The notes: a model not told the origin generated them from the letters alone. A DNA stretch of 64,000 bases from Candidatus Babeliales bacterium (GCA_050179755.1 JBFXEV010000001.1:873994-937993); one strand, 5' to 3'. Positions 9,865-23,910 are shown, counted from the stretch's first letter. Program-made: numbers and translations.

Positions 9865-10752
9865 TTATACTCCTAAATGTTCAATGCGCTCGCTCGTGTG
9901 CTTGCGATAATAGAGAATCAGAATTGCAAGAACTATAAGTGCTTGTAACATAGTAAAATATTTAAGATTAAAGCCGATTTTGAGCATTAATTGTTGCAAT
10001 GCAAAATAACTAAAAATACCTATACCAGGTATCAAAAGAGTTATCGGATTTTTGGTATTCATCAATGTTTTTCCTAGAATTAATGCAGTGATGCACAAGA
10101 GCACTTTGCCTATGCCCATGTTCATCTCTGCAAAACCATTTGATTGCGCAATCAAGTAACCAGAAAGTCCTGCAAGAGCATTGGCAAGTATAATACCTGT
10201 CATGAACACAAATCCTGTTGAAATACCGTAGTTTCTAAAGAACTTGGGATTGTTGCCAAATACCGCATATGAAAATCCAAGTTGTGTTTTTAAGACATAT
10301 GCTACAGCAAGAATTACTACAGAACTTATAATAAGCAGCATTATGAATTCTGGCTGTCTTGGAAAAACAGCATAGAGTGTGAGCGGGCTATTATACCCGC
10401 TTAATGATACATAAGGGCTTATAAATAGTTGTACTAATCCATGAAAAATGCCAAACGTGATAATGCTTGAAAGCAAGTGCGGTAACTTGCCATAATGCGT
10501 TATACTACTTGATACGATGCCCACGAAAGCACCACCAAAAAGTGATGCTAGAAGTGCAATAATGAGTGCTAGCAGCAAGGGCATAGTGCAGTTTAATAGC
10601 ATTAAACTACTTGAGCATAATGCGCCACACATGAATGCTGTTTCAATACTTAAATCAGGTACTTTCATGAGCGCGATTGAAATATAGGCGCCTATGATAA
10701 GTGGCATGTGCATTAAAGCTTGTTGCGCAATAATTAAGAGTGTGCTGATCAT
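9865..10752 (-). CDS. ABC transporter permease (aromatic amino acid / TrpY-like family)
   Basis: Multi-TM; PDLSIE and LANALAGLSG..AQ..GFA motifs. Confidence 0.8.
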   Translation of the reverse strand: MISTLLIIAQQALMHMPLIIGAYISIALMKVPDLSIETAFMCGALCSSSLMLLNCTMPLLLALIIALLASLFGGAFVGIVSSSITHYGKLPHLLSSIITFGIFHGLVQLFISPYVSLSGYNSPLTLYAVFPRQPEFIMLLIISSVVILAVAYVLKTQLGFSYAVFGNNPKFFRNYGISTGFVFMTGIILANALAGLSGYLIAQSNGFAEMNMGIGKVLLCITALILGKTLMNTKNPITLLIPGIGIFSYFALQQLMLKIGFNLKYFTMLQALIVLAILILYYRKHTSERIEHLGV

Positions 10753-11747
10753 GATGCAGCCTTAATAATAACATTTGCATCTTGTGCTAGCGCGCCAAGA
10801 TGTTCATCTGTTAACGCAAGCCCCTGTGCACGTTGAGTACTTTTATTAATGAGCATTTTATAGTTGCTTATTGGGGTTATCGCCACATCACGTGCTAACG
10901 TATAATCATCAAGAATAGTAAGCGCTTTGCGCGCACCTTCCTTGCCATGATCATATTCTTGTACGCCAAACGCAAGTGCTGCACCTTTTTCTCCCGAATT
11001 TAAATCAGAAGCATAAAGCGTTACGCCATATTGATTGCACAATTTAATAAGTGCGTCCACTCCTGAAACAAGAGTGTGGTCAGTATAAATAAGTACCGTA
11101 TCAACGTTGCTCAGCATTGGTTCTACTTTCTGTACAATCTCGTTTGTTGCAAACACTTCTGCCGTTGTGAGCACTATCTCTTTTGCACTTGCTGCACGTT
11201 CAAGTTCTTTGCGCACTTTTTCCATACCGCTGCCATGAGTAGGGTCGTATACAAATAAAATGTTCCTTGCCGTTGGCTTTACCTTATGTAGATAATCAAG
11301 CTGTGCATCAAAGTTATCAGTTATATACACGCCGGTAGCTTGATCGCCTTGTGCGCGTGATTCTGCGGTTACGCCAATTATTGCTGGGTTATCAATAGCA
11401 GAAAAAACAAGAGGTAGGTTTTGTTTGTTTTTTTGCAGTAACGTGTGCATAGTGTGTGAGCATAGTGTACCAACGGTAAACACAAGGTCATATTGAAGAT
11501 GTGCTATTTCTTCTGCTTGCGCTTTAAGGAGTGTTTTGTTGCCGCCAGCGTTAAACGTATCAAACGTATACGTTTGCTTGCCATGCGCCATAGTTTCTTT
11601 AAAGCCACGTTCAATTTCATCGATTGCTGGATGTAGTGCAGGCAATAAGATGGCAATACGGACTCCATTATTTTTTGGAACGAAAAAATATATGGTTCCG
11701 GTAGCTAAAATACTTAATGCTGTTAATGCTATAATCAGTTTATTCAT
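10749..11747 (-). CDS. ABC transporter substrate-binding protein (ABC_sub_bind, Trp/Tyr-type)
   Basis: HPAIDEI..GF, NAGGN, PLVFSAI.NP, GAALAFGV..Y..G motifs. Confidence 0.8.
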   Translation of the reverse strand: MNKLIIALTALSILATGTIYFFVPKNNGVRIAILLPALHPAIDEIERGFKETMAHGKQTYTFDTFNAGGNKTLLKAQAEEIAHLQYDLVFTVGTLCSHTMHTLLQKNKQNLPLVFSAIDNPAIIGVTAESRAQGDQATGVYITDNFDAQLDYLHKVKPTARNILFVYDPTHGSGMEKVRKELERAASAKEIVLTTAEVFATNEIVQKVEPMLSNVDTVLIYTDHTLVSGVDALIKLCNQYGVTLYASDLNSGEKGAALAFGVQEYDHGKEGARKALTILDDYTLARDVAITPISNYKMLINKSTQRAQGLALTDEHLGALAQDANVIIKAAS

Positions 11748-12234
11748 AGTTTTCCTTTAATTGAGTTTGTCTGCCTTCGCTTTGTTCATAAGCGGCGGCG
11801 AGTGTTGATACTGTTTTAGTTTTATCAAGTGCTAATACCAATTGGCTTACTATCGTGCGCGCTTCATGATGCTGCAGTAATTGTGCAAGAAGCATTTCTT
11901 GCTTTGTTGGTGCGCGTGATGTTATTGGCAGTGCGCCATGCCATTCGCAATATTTATACTGCTCCGGGTTTAGCGTTTTAAATTCCATTAACGGAGTCCA
12001 CCCAGCGCCAATTCTTTTTAAGAATGTAGCGTTTGCTGGCATAAAACGAATTTGACTCGGTGCAATTGTGATAATGCTTGGGCTTTTTTCGTTTGCGTTA
12101 TCATAAAATGATGCATGCTCCTGTGTGGCATTATGTAAGAAAAAACCAAAGCTACTGTTTGATTGTTCTTGCATTGCATGTACAGCAATATACAACGTTG
12201 TGCTCATTGCTAAAAGTAGCATATGCATACGCAT
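11740..12234 (-). CDS. Hypothetical secreted protein, first gene of the ABC operon
   Basis: ORF track 11740..12267; likely start MRMHMLLLAMSTTLYIAVHA|MQE. Confidence 0.6.
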   Translation of the reverse strand: MRMHMLLLAMSTTLYIAVHAMQEQSNSSFGFFLHNATQEHASFYDNANEKSPSIITIAPSQIRFMPANATFLKRIGAGWTPLMEFKTLNPEQYKYCEWHGALPITSRAPTKQEMLLAQLLQHHEARTIVSQLVLALDKTKTVSTLAAAYEQSEGRQTQLKENYE

Positions 12235-12362
12235 AGATATTTTCCTTGAGAGATAAAATTTGAGCAAAGTATTTTAAGGTATATTAAACCTTAAGCACCA
12301 TGCACAAGGTGATTACATTAAAAATAAAATCAAAAATGGGTAATAAAAGAGAATGTGCTAGT

Positions 12363-12455
12363 TTAGCACCAAGATAAGCCACGCCAAGAAAGGGCAGCAA
12401 AAGAAGAATGAGAAGTTAAAGATTGATTGTTAAGGTTTATGCGCCTGATTTCCAT
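12363..12455 (-). CDS. Putative Trp-containing leader peptide MEIRRINLNNQSLTSHSSFAALSWRGLSWC (30 aa)
   Basis: Translated by hand; AGGAG RBS at 12464-12468; two TGG codons near the end; not in the ORF track. Confidence 0.65.
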   Translation of the reverse strand: MEIRRINLNNQSLTSHSSFAALSWRGLSWC

Positions 12456-12493
12456 GGCGGCTACTCCTATAATGTTAAAATATAACTACTAAT

Positions 12494-12522
12494 AGCATAG
12501 CATAGAAATTACTCATTGTAAA
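12494..12522 (-). promoter_or_regulatory. Sigma70-type promoter for the leader/ABC operon
   Basis: TTTACA-17 bp-TATGCT with TG extension on the minus strand. Confidence 0.5.
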
Positions 12523-12570
12523 TAAAAATTGATTGAAGGTTTGAAAGTTTAGGGCTTTATAGATTATGCA

Positions 12571-13458
12571 TTGGCTTTATACTTTCAAAAAACATTAGAG
12601 AGACTTGTGCAAGATGTCTATGATATAAAGAGCGGCAAAGTAACCAGATGGGATCTTGTGCAGCGTGATTTAGGGCAACTAAAAGCACAATGGGGTCAAT
12701 CAAATGCAAGAGCATATACACTTCTTAAGTATGCTTACTCTAATTTAAATAAAGAAGCCGCACTGTATGGAGTAGAAAAAATTACTGAAGTTGGCACAGA
12801 GATGTTTTTAACCAATCAAGCAATCAGTGGTTTTGGTCACTTGATTGGCAATGGCGCGCGCGCTTTAGATGATATAATACAAGCTGGTAATGGTATTGAT
12901 AAATTTAATAACTTGCCATTGAATGGCCAAACGCTGCAAGCCTTTATTGGCTATGAAGCTGTTCTTGCAGAAGGACGAGCTGCAGTAGCTCAAGCAATAG
13001 GTGTTGCAGGAGCTGTCGCGGAAGAAACGCTTGATGGCGCTTCAAAAGTGCTTCCGGCAGTTTTTGCAATGAATAATGGTGGCCCAGGCGGTAATGATCC
13101 AAAGAATCTAGTTAGTGCGGGAAAGATTCAGAAATATTTGAAACATCCATATCAAGCTAAATACAAAGTCAACATAAAAAGCGTTGAAAGAATAGCTAAG
13201 AAGGTTGCGAGACTTGATTTCAATAAACGACGACATATACTTCAAGTAAAGCATGCTTGGGATAGATTAGTTGTTGATCCCAATGATTGGGATGCTGTAG
13301 CTAGAATAATCACAAAAGTGATGAAAGAAGGTAGAGTGGAAAAGAAATTTAATCATTTTATAAAATATGCGGAAATTTTTGGAGAGAGAGTTGAAGTTCA
13401 GTATATTGTAAAGCATAATAAAACGATGATAAGTGACGCATGGATAAGAACGATATAA
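12571..13458 (+). CDS. Polymorphic toxin C-terminal portion, predicted RNase (Ntox35-like); N-terminus apparently lost
   Basis: Gly-rich linker NNGGPGG then basic domain HILQVKHAW...ISDAWI; TTG start just after an in-frame TAG. Confidence 0.6.
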   Translation: MALYFQKTLERLVQDVYDIKSGKVTRWDLVQRDLGQLKAQWGQSNARAYTLLKYAYSNLNKEAALYGVEKITEVGTEMFLTNQAISGFGHLIGNGARALDDIIQAGNGIDKFNNLPLNGQTLQAFIGYEAVLAEGRAAVAQAIGVAGAVAEETLDGASKVLPAVFAMNNGGPGGNDPKNLVSAGKIQKYLKHPYQAKYKVNIKSVERIAKKVARLDFNKRRHILQVKHAWDRLVVDPNDWDAVARIITKVMKEGRVEKKFNHFIKYAEIFGERVEVQYIVKHNKTMISDAWIRTI

Positions 13459-13898
13459 GAGAATTTAAGAATTCTTTATTGCAAGGTGATTTTGATAAGG
13501 CTAAGTTATATATAAAAGATCTCGATAATGAAAAAATTTATGATTTAATTGTAGAAATAAATTTTAATGATGAATCAATGGTAAGTTATTGCTTTTTGGC
13601 TAGTTTATTGCATGATAATGAAACAGCGGAGCTGCATATCAATGCTGCAAGTTTTTTAACATTTTTTCTATTTCATATACAAGGGGCATATAATTCGGCT
13701 TTATATCATTTGCGTCAGGCTATTAAATTAGATCCAGATAATATTGAATATCAAGAGCTCCTATTGCATTTTAATGAAATACCGGATCGTTTAGTTAGTC
13801 AGGACGAGGCAATAGCAGTTGCCAAAAATATTCTAAAAGATAAATCAGATAGCTCTGTAGCTTTGAGAATATTAAGTGACTATAAAATAAATAATTAA
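13440..13898 (+). CDS. Putative cognate immunity protein (TPR-like)
   Basis: Overlaps the toxin 3' end; acidic; ALYHLRQAIKLDPDN TPR-like motif. Confidence 0.65.
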   Translation: MDKNDIREFKNSLLQGDFDKAKLYIKDLDNEKIYDLIVEINFNDESMVSYCFLASLLHDNETAELHINAASFLTFFLFHIQGAYNSALYHLRQAIKLDPDNIEYQELLLHFNEIPDRLVSQDEAIAVAKNILKDKSDSSVALRILSDYKINN

Positions 13899-13917
13899 TT
13901 AAAACAGTTATAATTCC

Positions 13918-14352
13918 ATGAACGAAGTTATTAAAGAATTAATTTTAAGAGGCTCGTTTGAAGAAGCAAATTACTTACTAATTTCATTTGGAGAACAGGA
14001 AATAGAAAGCTTTTTAGTAAATTTAGCATGTGAGTCTCAAAGTATAACGGCATATGGCTTTATAATTAATAATTTAATACAGCAGGAAACAATATATTGG
14101 CATAAAATGGCAGCAGTTTTGTTCTTAGCGCCTTTAAGTCGTGTTATAGGAGCTTATCCTTTAGGCCTTTATCATACAAGGAGAGCAATGGCGCTAGATT
14201 CTAATGATGTTGGTGCAAAGTCATTGTTGTTGTCTTATCATAATTCTCCTGCTCCTACAGTAACAAAAGAAGAGGCAATTGAAGTCGCAAAAGAAATTGT
14301 TATTACCCAATATAATGATGAATTTACTATCACTGATCGGTTAAACGCATAA
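13918..14352 (+). CDS. Immunity protein paralogue with a chimeric C-terminus
   Basis: GAYPLGLYHTRRAMALDS and EEAIEVAK align with 13440..13898. Confidence 0.6.
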   Translation: MNEVIKELILRGSFEEANYLLISFGEQEIESFLVNLACESQSITAYGFIINNLIQQETIYWHKMAAVLFLAPLSRVIGAYPLGLYHTRRAMALDSNDVGAKSLLLSYHNSPAPTVTKEEAIEVAKEIVITQYNDEFTITDRLNA

Positions 14353-14389
14353 ATGCTAATTTATTAAAGATGACCTGAATACTCATGAT

Positions 14390-14698
14390 CTTTTTTTTCT
14401 ATTTTATAAAGGAGGCGTATGGGTGAGCTTTATATCATTTGCGACGGGCTATTCAATTAGATCCGGAAAAGCCTACTCAAAATTATCTACTCATGCGTTT
14501 ATCTAGTATCGAAAAAAAGGATGGCTTTATTTTAATGGTTTAAAATTGGGCGATAAGGACACAGGTGCTCAATATAAAATATCTATTGAAAATTTTGTCA
14601 GTCTTCTTGAAAAATGGAAAAAATTAAATGAAGAGGGCGTGCGCGAAATTGTCATAAGACAAGAAGATAGTTCAGTAATTATCAGTGGTAATTATTAA
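14390..14698 (+). pseudogene. Fused remnants of two immunity-gene families
   Basis: AYG*ALYHLRRAIQLDPE (copy of 13698-13738), then frameshifted YKISIENFVSLLEKWKKLNEEGVREIVIRQ similar to 14699..15070. Confidence 0.65.
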
Positions 14699-15070
14699 AT
14701 GGCTATGCAACAATATATGACTTTTCTCCAAGAAAAACTGTTTCATTATAAATTAGATAAATATAGCGATGATACGATGTTTACTGTGTACATGTGCTTA
14801 ACTGATGGATTAGGAATGGAGTCTTACGTAAATTTTTTAGAAAATACTGAAAGAGTTAGATTAGGTGGTAATATTTGTAGTATAGTTAAATTAGGTAAGA
14901 TGGTTTCTTTGTCTATACATGAAGAAATAATACCTGATTTGCCTGTATTTAGCACGAGTATAGATAATTTGATCAAACTATATAAGGAAATTAAAAGATT
15001 AGAAGATCTTGGAGTTAATAAAATTAATATTTCCTTGGATAATGATGAGCTATTGATTCTTGGGGAATAA
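14699..15070 (+). CDS. Hypothetical protein, likely orphan immunity protein
   Basis: 123 aa, acidic, AT-rich; homologous to the upstream remnant. Confidence 0.55.
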   Translation: MAMQQYMTFLQEKLFHYKLDKYSDDTMFTVYMCLTDGLGMESYVNFLENTERVRLGGNICSIVKLGKMVSLSIHEEIIPDLPVFSTSIDNLIKLYKEIKRLEDLGVNKINISLDNDELLILGE

Positions 15071-15119
15071 ATAAAGAGATTTCAACCTTAAATTTTTTGT
15101 TCTATGGGAATAACCGTTG

Positions 15120-16202
15120 CTACTTCGCTGCGTTTACTAAATAACCTTCAATAAATTGCATTAAATCCCCATCAAGCACTAAATCAGGTTGCGGCGATTC
15201 AATATCAGTGCGGTGGTCTTTAACCATCTTATAAGGGTGCAACACATACGAGCGAATTTGTGAACCCCATTCAATTTTCTTTTTTTCTATTTTATTTAGT
15301 TCTGCTTGTTGCTCTTCCCGCTGCTTTTGCGCTAATTTTGCCATGAGCATTTTCATGGCAGTTTCACGGTTTTGAATTTGAGATCGTTCACTTTGGCATT
15401 GCACCACTATATTAGTGGGAATATGGGTAATGCGCACGGCAGAATCTGTTTTATTCACGTGCTGGCCGCCCGCACCACTTGCGCGGTAGGTGTCTACACG
15501 AAGATCTTTAGGTTCTATGGCAATTTCTACTTCTTCCACTTCAGGAGTTACATGCACGCCAGCAAAAGAGGTGTGGCGGCGCTTTGCAGCATCAAAAGGT
15601 GAAATGCGCACTAATCTATGAATGCCGTGCTCACTTTTGAGTATGCCATACGGATTTTTACCCTTAATATAGAGTGTGGCCGATTTAATGCCTGCTTCTT
15701 CGCCTGGTTGCATATCTATAATGGTGGCTTTCAAGCCATAATTCTCGCAAAAGCGCACATACATGCGCAATATCATTTGAGCCCAATCTTGGGATTCCGT
15801 GCCACCTGCACCGGCATTAATGCTAAAAAAGCACGCTGCTTTATCAGATGGTTCATGCAAAAGAAGCTCAATTTTAAATGTACGTAGCTCTTTAATGAGC
15901 TTATGGATATCAGGTTCTAGGTTTGCAAGCTCTGCTTCATCAGTAGCAAAAAGGTCAATAAGCTCCTGAAGCTCCTCATGGCAGGTGATAATATTCATAT
16001 ACTGCTCACGTTGGGTGCGAACAGCTTGCAGTTCTTTGGAGATAGTATCGCGGTCGGGGTTTTGCCAAAAATTTTCTTGCTTGACCTCGTTTGAAAGCCG
16101 TTCATAGGCTTGCTCCAAGCCACTATTGCTCCAATAGGCTTTTATGGTGGCAAGATCAGGGGCAGCTATTTTTAAGGTTTCTTTAAGGTAATCGGCAAGC
16201 AT
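15120..16202 (-). CDS. prfB: Peptide chain release factor 2
   Basis: SPF tripeptide (RISPFD), GGQ, WGSQIRSY; single uninterrupted ORF. Confidence 0.97.
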   Translation of the reverse strand: MLADYLKETLKIAAPDLATIKAYWSNSGLEQAYERLSNEVKQENFWQNPDRDTISKELQAVRTQREQYMNIITCHEELQELIDLFATDEAELANLEPDIHKLIKELRTFKIELLLHEPSDKAACFFSINAGAGGTESQDWAQMILRMYVRFCENYGLKATIIDMQPGEEAGIKSATLYIKGKNPYGILKSEHGIHRLVRISPFDAAKRRHTSFAGVHVTPEVEEVEIAIEPKDLRVDTYRASGAGGQHVNKTDSAVRITHIPTNIVVQCQSERSQIQNRETAMKMLMAKLAQKQREEQQAELNKIEKKKIEWGSQIRSYVLHPYKMVKDHRTDIESPQPDLVLDGDLMQFIEGYLVNAAK

Positions 16203-16393
16203 GGGTTCCTTTTAAAGTAAGATTTCTTACTGTAGTATAGCATGCAGTAAGAATACTTGGCAATTAATGAATATTTACTACTTGCAAAATATAAAAATGG
16301 TGCTACGCTATTAATACCTATAGAGGGTATGAAGCAATCGTCAACTTTTCGTCAATTTTCCCTCTTTTTGTAATTTCTTAACTAAAAAAATAT

Positions 16394-17002
16394 ATGACTC
16401 CAGGAAAACTATTTGTTGTTTCGGCTCCCTCAGGGGCAGGTAAAACTAGTTTGGTTCTCAAGGCACTTGAACAGCTTAATGGCAGGTGCTTGGTAGAAAG
16501 AGTAGTTTCGTATACCTCAAAAACGCCTCGACCTGGGGATGTTCATGGGTTTGACTACTTTTTTATACCAAAAGAAGAATTTTTGGTAAAGATTGAAGAA
16601 GGGTTTTTTATAGAATATAGTACCGCCTATGGCAATTATTATGGTACTCCTGCTCATATAGTAGATAATGTGGCTCAGGGAAATTCCTATATTTTGGTTA
16701 TTGACCGAGCGGGAGCCAAGCAGATTGCCCAGAAAACTGAACATGCTGTACTGATCTGGATAGATATTCCTGATATTGAAACGCTTGAAAAACGACTCGT
16801 TCTTAGAAAAACAGAAGATGAAGATCAGCTAAGAACTCGGCTTTTACTTGCTCAAAAGGAGCTTTTGGAAGAAAAACAAGAAAATTTTTATCATTATCAT
16901 ATCTGTAACGATATCTTTGAAAACGCCCTAGGAGAGCTGTTATCCGTAATAGTGGCAAATCTGGAAGGCGGCAGGAAGCCTACAGATTTAAAAAAAAAGT
17001 AA
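16394..17002 (+). CDS. gmk: Guanylate kinase
   Basis: SAPSGAGKTSL, DYFF, YGNYYGT. Confidence 0.95.
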   Translation: MTPGKLFVVSAPSGAGKTSLVLKALEQLNGRCLVERVVSYTSKTPRPGDVHGFDYFFIPKEEFLVKIEEGFFIEYSTAYGNYYGTPAHIVDNVAQGNSYILVIDRAGAKQIAQKTEHAVLIWIDIPDIETLEKRLVLRKTEDEDQLRTRLLLAQKELLEEKQENFYHYHICNDIFENALGELLSVIVANLEGGRKPTDLKKK

Positions 17003-17020
17003 AAAAAGTGTAAAAAAATG

Positions 17021-17049
17021 TTGACGTTGCGCGTTTGGCAACATATACT
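17021..17049 (+). promoter_or_regulatory. rrn P1 promoter
   Basis: TTGACG-17 bp-TATACT after an A-tract UP element. Confidence 0.75.
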
Positions 17050-17132
17050 TATTGAGCATTGAAAACGAAACGACCGAAAAAAACAGGTTTGAAATTTGCA
17101 AAGTGAACCGAAAAAAAAGTTTACAAAAACAG

Positions 17133-17160
17133 TTGACACGAGGTTAAAGTCTTGTATAAT
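17133..17160 (+). promoter_or_regulatory. rrn P2 promoter
   Basis: TTGACA-16 bp-TATAAT. Confidence 0.85.
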
Positions 17161-17229
17161 TGTTCTTAGTAACCAAACATCGATCACCTATCAAATGGCC
17201 TTCGAATCGTTACTTTTATAAAAATTAAG

Positions 17230-17241
17230 TATTCTTTGAAA
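17230..17241 (+). promoter_or_regulatory. boxA-like antitermination site (second copy TGTTCTTTGAAA near 19346)
   Basis: TATTCTTTGAAA, followed by a leader strand complementary to about 19316-19327. Confidence 0.55.
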
Positions 17242-17305
17242 TACACGAAAATCCTAAATAAATTTCGCTTGTCGTTAATAATGACAATTTAATTCATCCA
17301 AATTT

Positions 17306-18848
<1,543 letters not shown>

Positions 18849-18970
18849 GAGGGAGATTTGCCTGATAAATACCTCACTTTAAGTGAGTTGTAATTTATCT
18901 ACTATATATAAGGTGTAAATAAACAAATTGCCATTATGGCGACAAGCGATTAGAAATTAAATAAAGGTTG

Positions 18971-19047
18971 GGGCCTATAGCTCAGTTGGTTAGAGCGCCC
19001 TGTTGATAACGGGGAGGTCAACTGTTCGAGTCAGTTTAGGCCCACCA
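18971..19047 (+). tRNA. tRNA-Ile(GAT)
   Basis: Cloverleaf; anticodon loop TTGATAA; CCA end. Confidence 0.97.
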
Positions 19048-19106
19048 GTGCAAATGTACTGATGTGGGCTGAATCTTTCGGTTATCGGCTTATGCTTACC
19101 ATTTTT

Positions 19107-19182
19107 GGGGGTGTAGCTCAGTTGGTAGAGCGTCCGTTTTGCACGCGGAAGGCCAGCGGTTCGAATCCGCTCATCTCCACCA
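19107..19182 (+). tRNA. tRNA-Ala(TGC)
   Basis: Cloverleaf; loop TTTGCAC; CCA end. Confidence 0.97.
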
Positions 19183-19420
19183 TACTTCGCCAAGGCTTCG
19201 TATGGCACGGCCATTCTTTTCGAGAAAATGAACTTAATAAGTAAGTTTTCTTTCTGGAGAGCGATGACTGACAAGTAATTCCTTAAAAGTAATCAAAATT
19301 TCTAAATTCCCAAACGGATTTCGTGTAATAAGAACAAAAAATTCATGTTCTTTGAAATATATGTGATAGACAAATATTAATTAAATATAATGACGTCTTT
19401 TCTTTAGCTCATAAATTTGT

Positions 19421-22437
<3,017 letters not shown>

Positions 22438-22541
22438 ACTTACAAAAAATTTGAAAAGACTAGACGTTTTTAATAAATTTGTATATCATATATATTTCAG
22501 AGACATGAGATAAATTTGTTCTTATGCATGAACTAAAAATT

Positions 22542-22657
22542 TCCTGGTGGAAATAGTTGTAGGGCAACACCCGTTCCCATTTCGAATACGGAAGTTAAGT
22601 TTACAACGCTGATGATACTTGGCTGGTAACGGCCTGGAAAAGCAAGTACTGCCGGGA
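22542..22657 (+). rRNA. rrf: 5S rRNA
   Basis: TCCTGGTGG...CACCCGTTCCCATTTCGAATACGGAAGTTAAG...GCCGGGA. Confidence 0.95.
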
Positions 22658-22665
22658 TTAAATTA

Positions 22666-22700
22666 AAAACCTCGAAGAGAAATCTTCGGGGTTTTTTTTT
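22666..22700 (+). terminator. rrn intrinsic terminator
   Basis: AAAAACCTCGAAGA-GAAA-TCTTCGGGGTTTTTTTTT. Confidence 0.9.
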
Positions 22701-22783
22701 GACTAAAAACAACATTACTAGTGAATATGCATTATAGTTTTGATAAACTAATAATAATAAGAAACTATCTATAAGGATAAACT

Positions 22784-23080
22784 ATGAACCAGCGATTACT
22801 ATTTTTGGGATTGTGGCTAATGAGCGTTTCTGCAGTTTATGCAATGGATAAAGAGCAAGAACAAAAAAGCATGGAAAGGCAATGCAAAGAAGAGCATCCA
22901 TTACCGGTAAGTAATCGTCAACGCATGCTAGATCGGGCAGTGATTGAAATAACACATATCGATGATCTTGCAGAACGAATGGCTATTGTGAGAAAGTATG
23001 AGCTACAAGGGCTAACTCTAGACGAAATGTTTGAACGAAATGAACAAATATTGCGTGAGCATGCCAGAACTACTGGTTAG
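22784..23080 (+). CDS. Small secreted hypothetical protein
   Basis: AAGGA RBS; signal peptide SAVYA|MDK. Confidence 0.65.
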   Translation: MNQRLLFLGLWLMSVSAVYAMDKEQEQKSMERQCKEEHPLPVSNRQRMLDRAVIEITHIDDLAERMAIVRKYELQGLTLDEMFERNEQILREHARTTG

Positions 23081-23145
23081 TGACCAATGTGGCGCAGCGA
23101 GCATCTATAGTAAATTTTAGTATAGAAGATGAACGAGGAAATTAT

Positions 23146-23910
23146 ATGTACATGCGCGTGTTGTTTCTGGGATTGTGGTTAATGAGCAATGCGATAACTT
23201 GTGCAATGGAAGAAAATACTCTTGCTCTTTATAGAGGAACTCCTTTGCAACAAGCTCAAAGAAATATTGCTTCACAAAAGTTATGTACCGCTATTTCTCA
23301 AGCACGGTTTGATGACGTGGAAAAAATTATTTTAGATGATCCACTTATTGTAAGATATTCTCCAGACGCGTTATTTGTTTCAAGAGCGGTAGCAATTGCT
23401 GATTATGATCAACGGATATTAAGCCTTGTACTAAGAGCTGGTGGAAATCCAAATGAAGTTAACCCTAAAGATGGTAATACACCCGCGCATATTGCCGCTT
23501 GCCTATTACATAGCGAGGCATTATTGTGTTTGCATGCCAGAAATGCAGACTTAACTGCAAGAAATCATGCGGGCAAAGCACCAGCTGACCACATTCTTAA
23601 TGGTGGCAATATTAATGAGAAGAAGAGAGTTGAGATTGCAGACTGGTTTCGTAGACATGGAATACCTGTTAGGATTCACATGCGTGCACACGTGCCTTCA
23701 GACGCACAAGCGCAATATGAGCAGAGAATTCGCTTAATAGATGCGGCATTGACAGTTATGGGATCTACTGCCGATTCAGAACAACAGAATGCTATTTTGA
23801 GCTTGCTTACGAAACAAGGGATAAATATAGAAGAAATACAGCAGCGCACACAATTACCTATGAATAGAAAAAATCTACGTGGGCTTATAAGGCAGGTGAA
23901 CAAATATTAA
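23146..23910 (+). CDS. Secreted ankyrin-repeat protein
   Basis: GNTPAHIAA, GKAPAD ankyrin motifs; start re-called at MYMRVLFLG after a GAGGA RBS (ORF track 23080). Confidence 0.8.
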   Translation: MYMRVLFLGLWLMSNAITCAMEENTLALYRGTPLQQAQRNIASQKLCTAISQARFDDVEKIILDDPLIVRYSPDALFVSRAVAIADYDQRILSLVLRAGGNPNEVNPKDGNTPAHIAACLLHSEALLCLHARNADLTARNHAGKAPADHILNGGNINEKKRVEIADWFRRHGIPVRIHMRAHVPSDAQAQYEQRIRLIDAALTVMGSTADSEQQNAILSLLTKQGINIEEIQQRTQLPMNRKNLRGLIRQVNKY

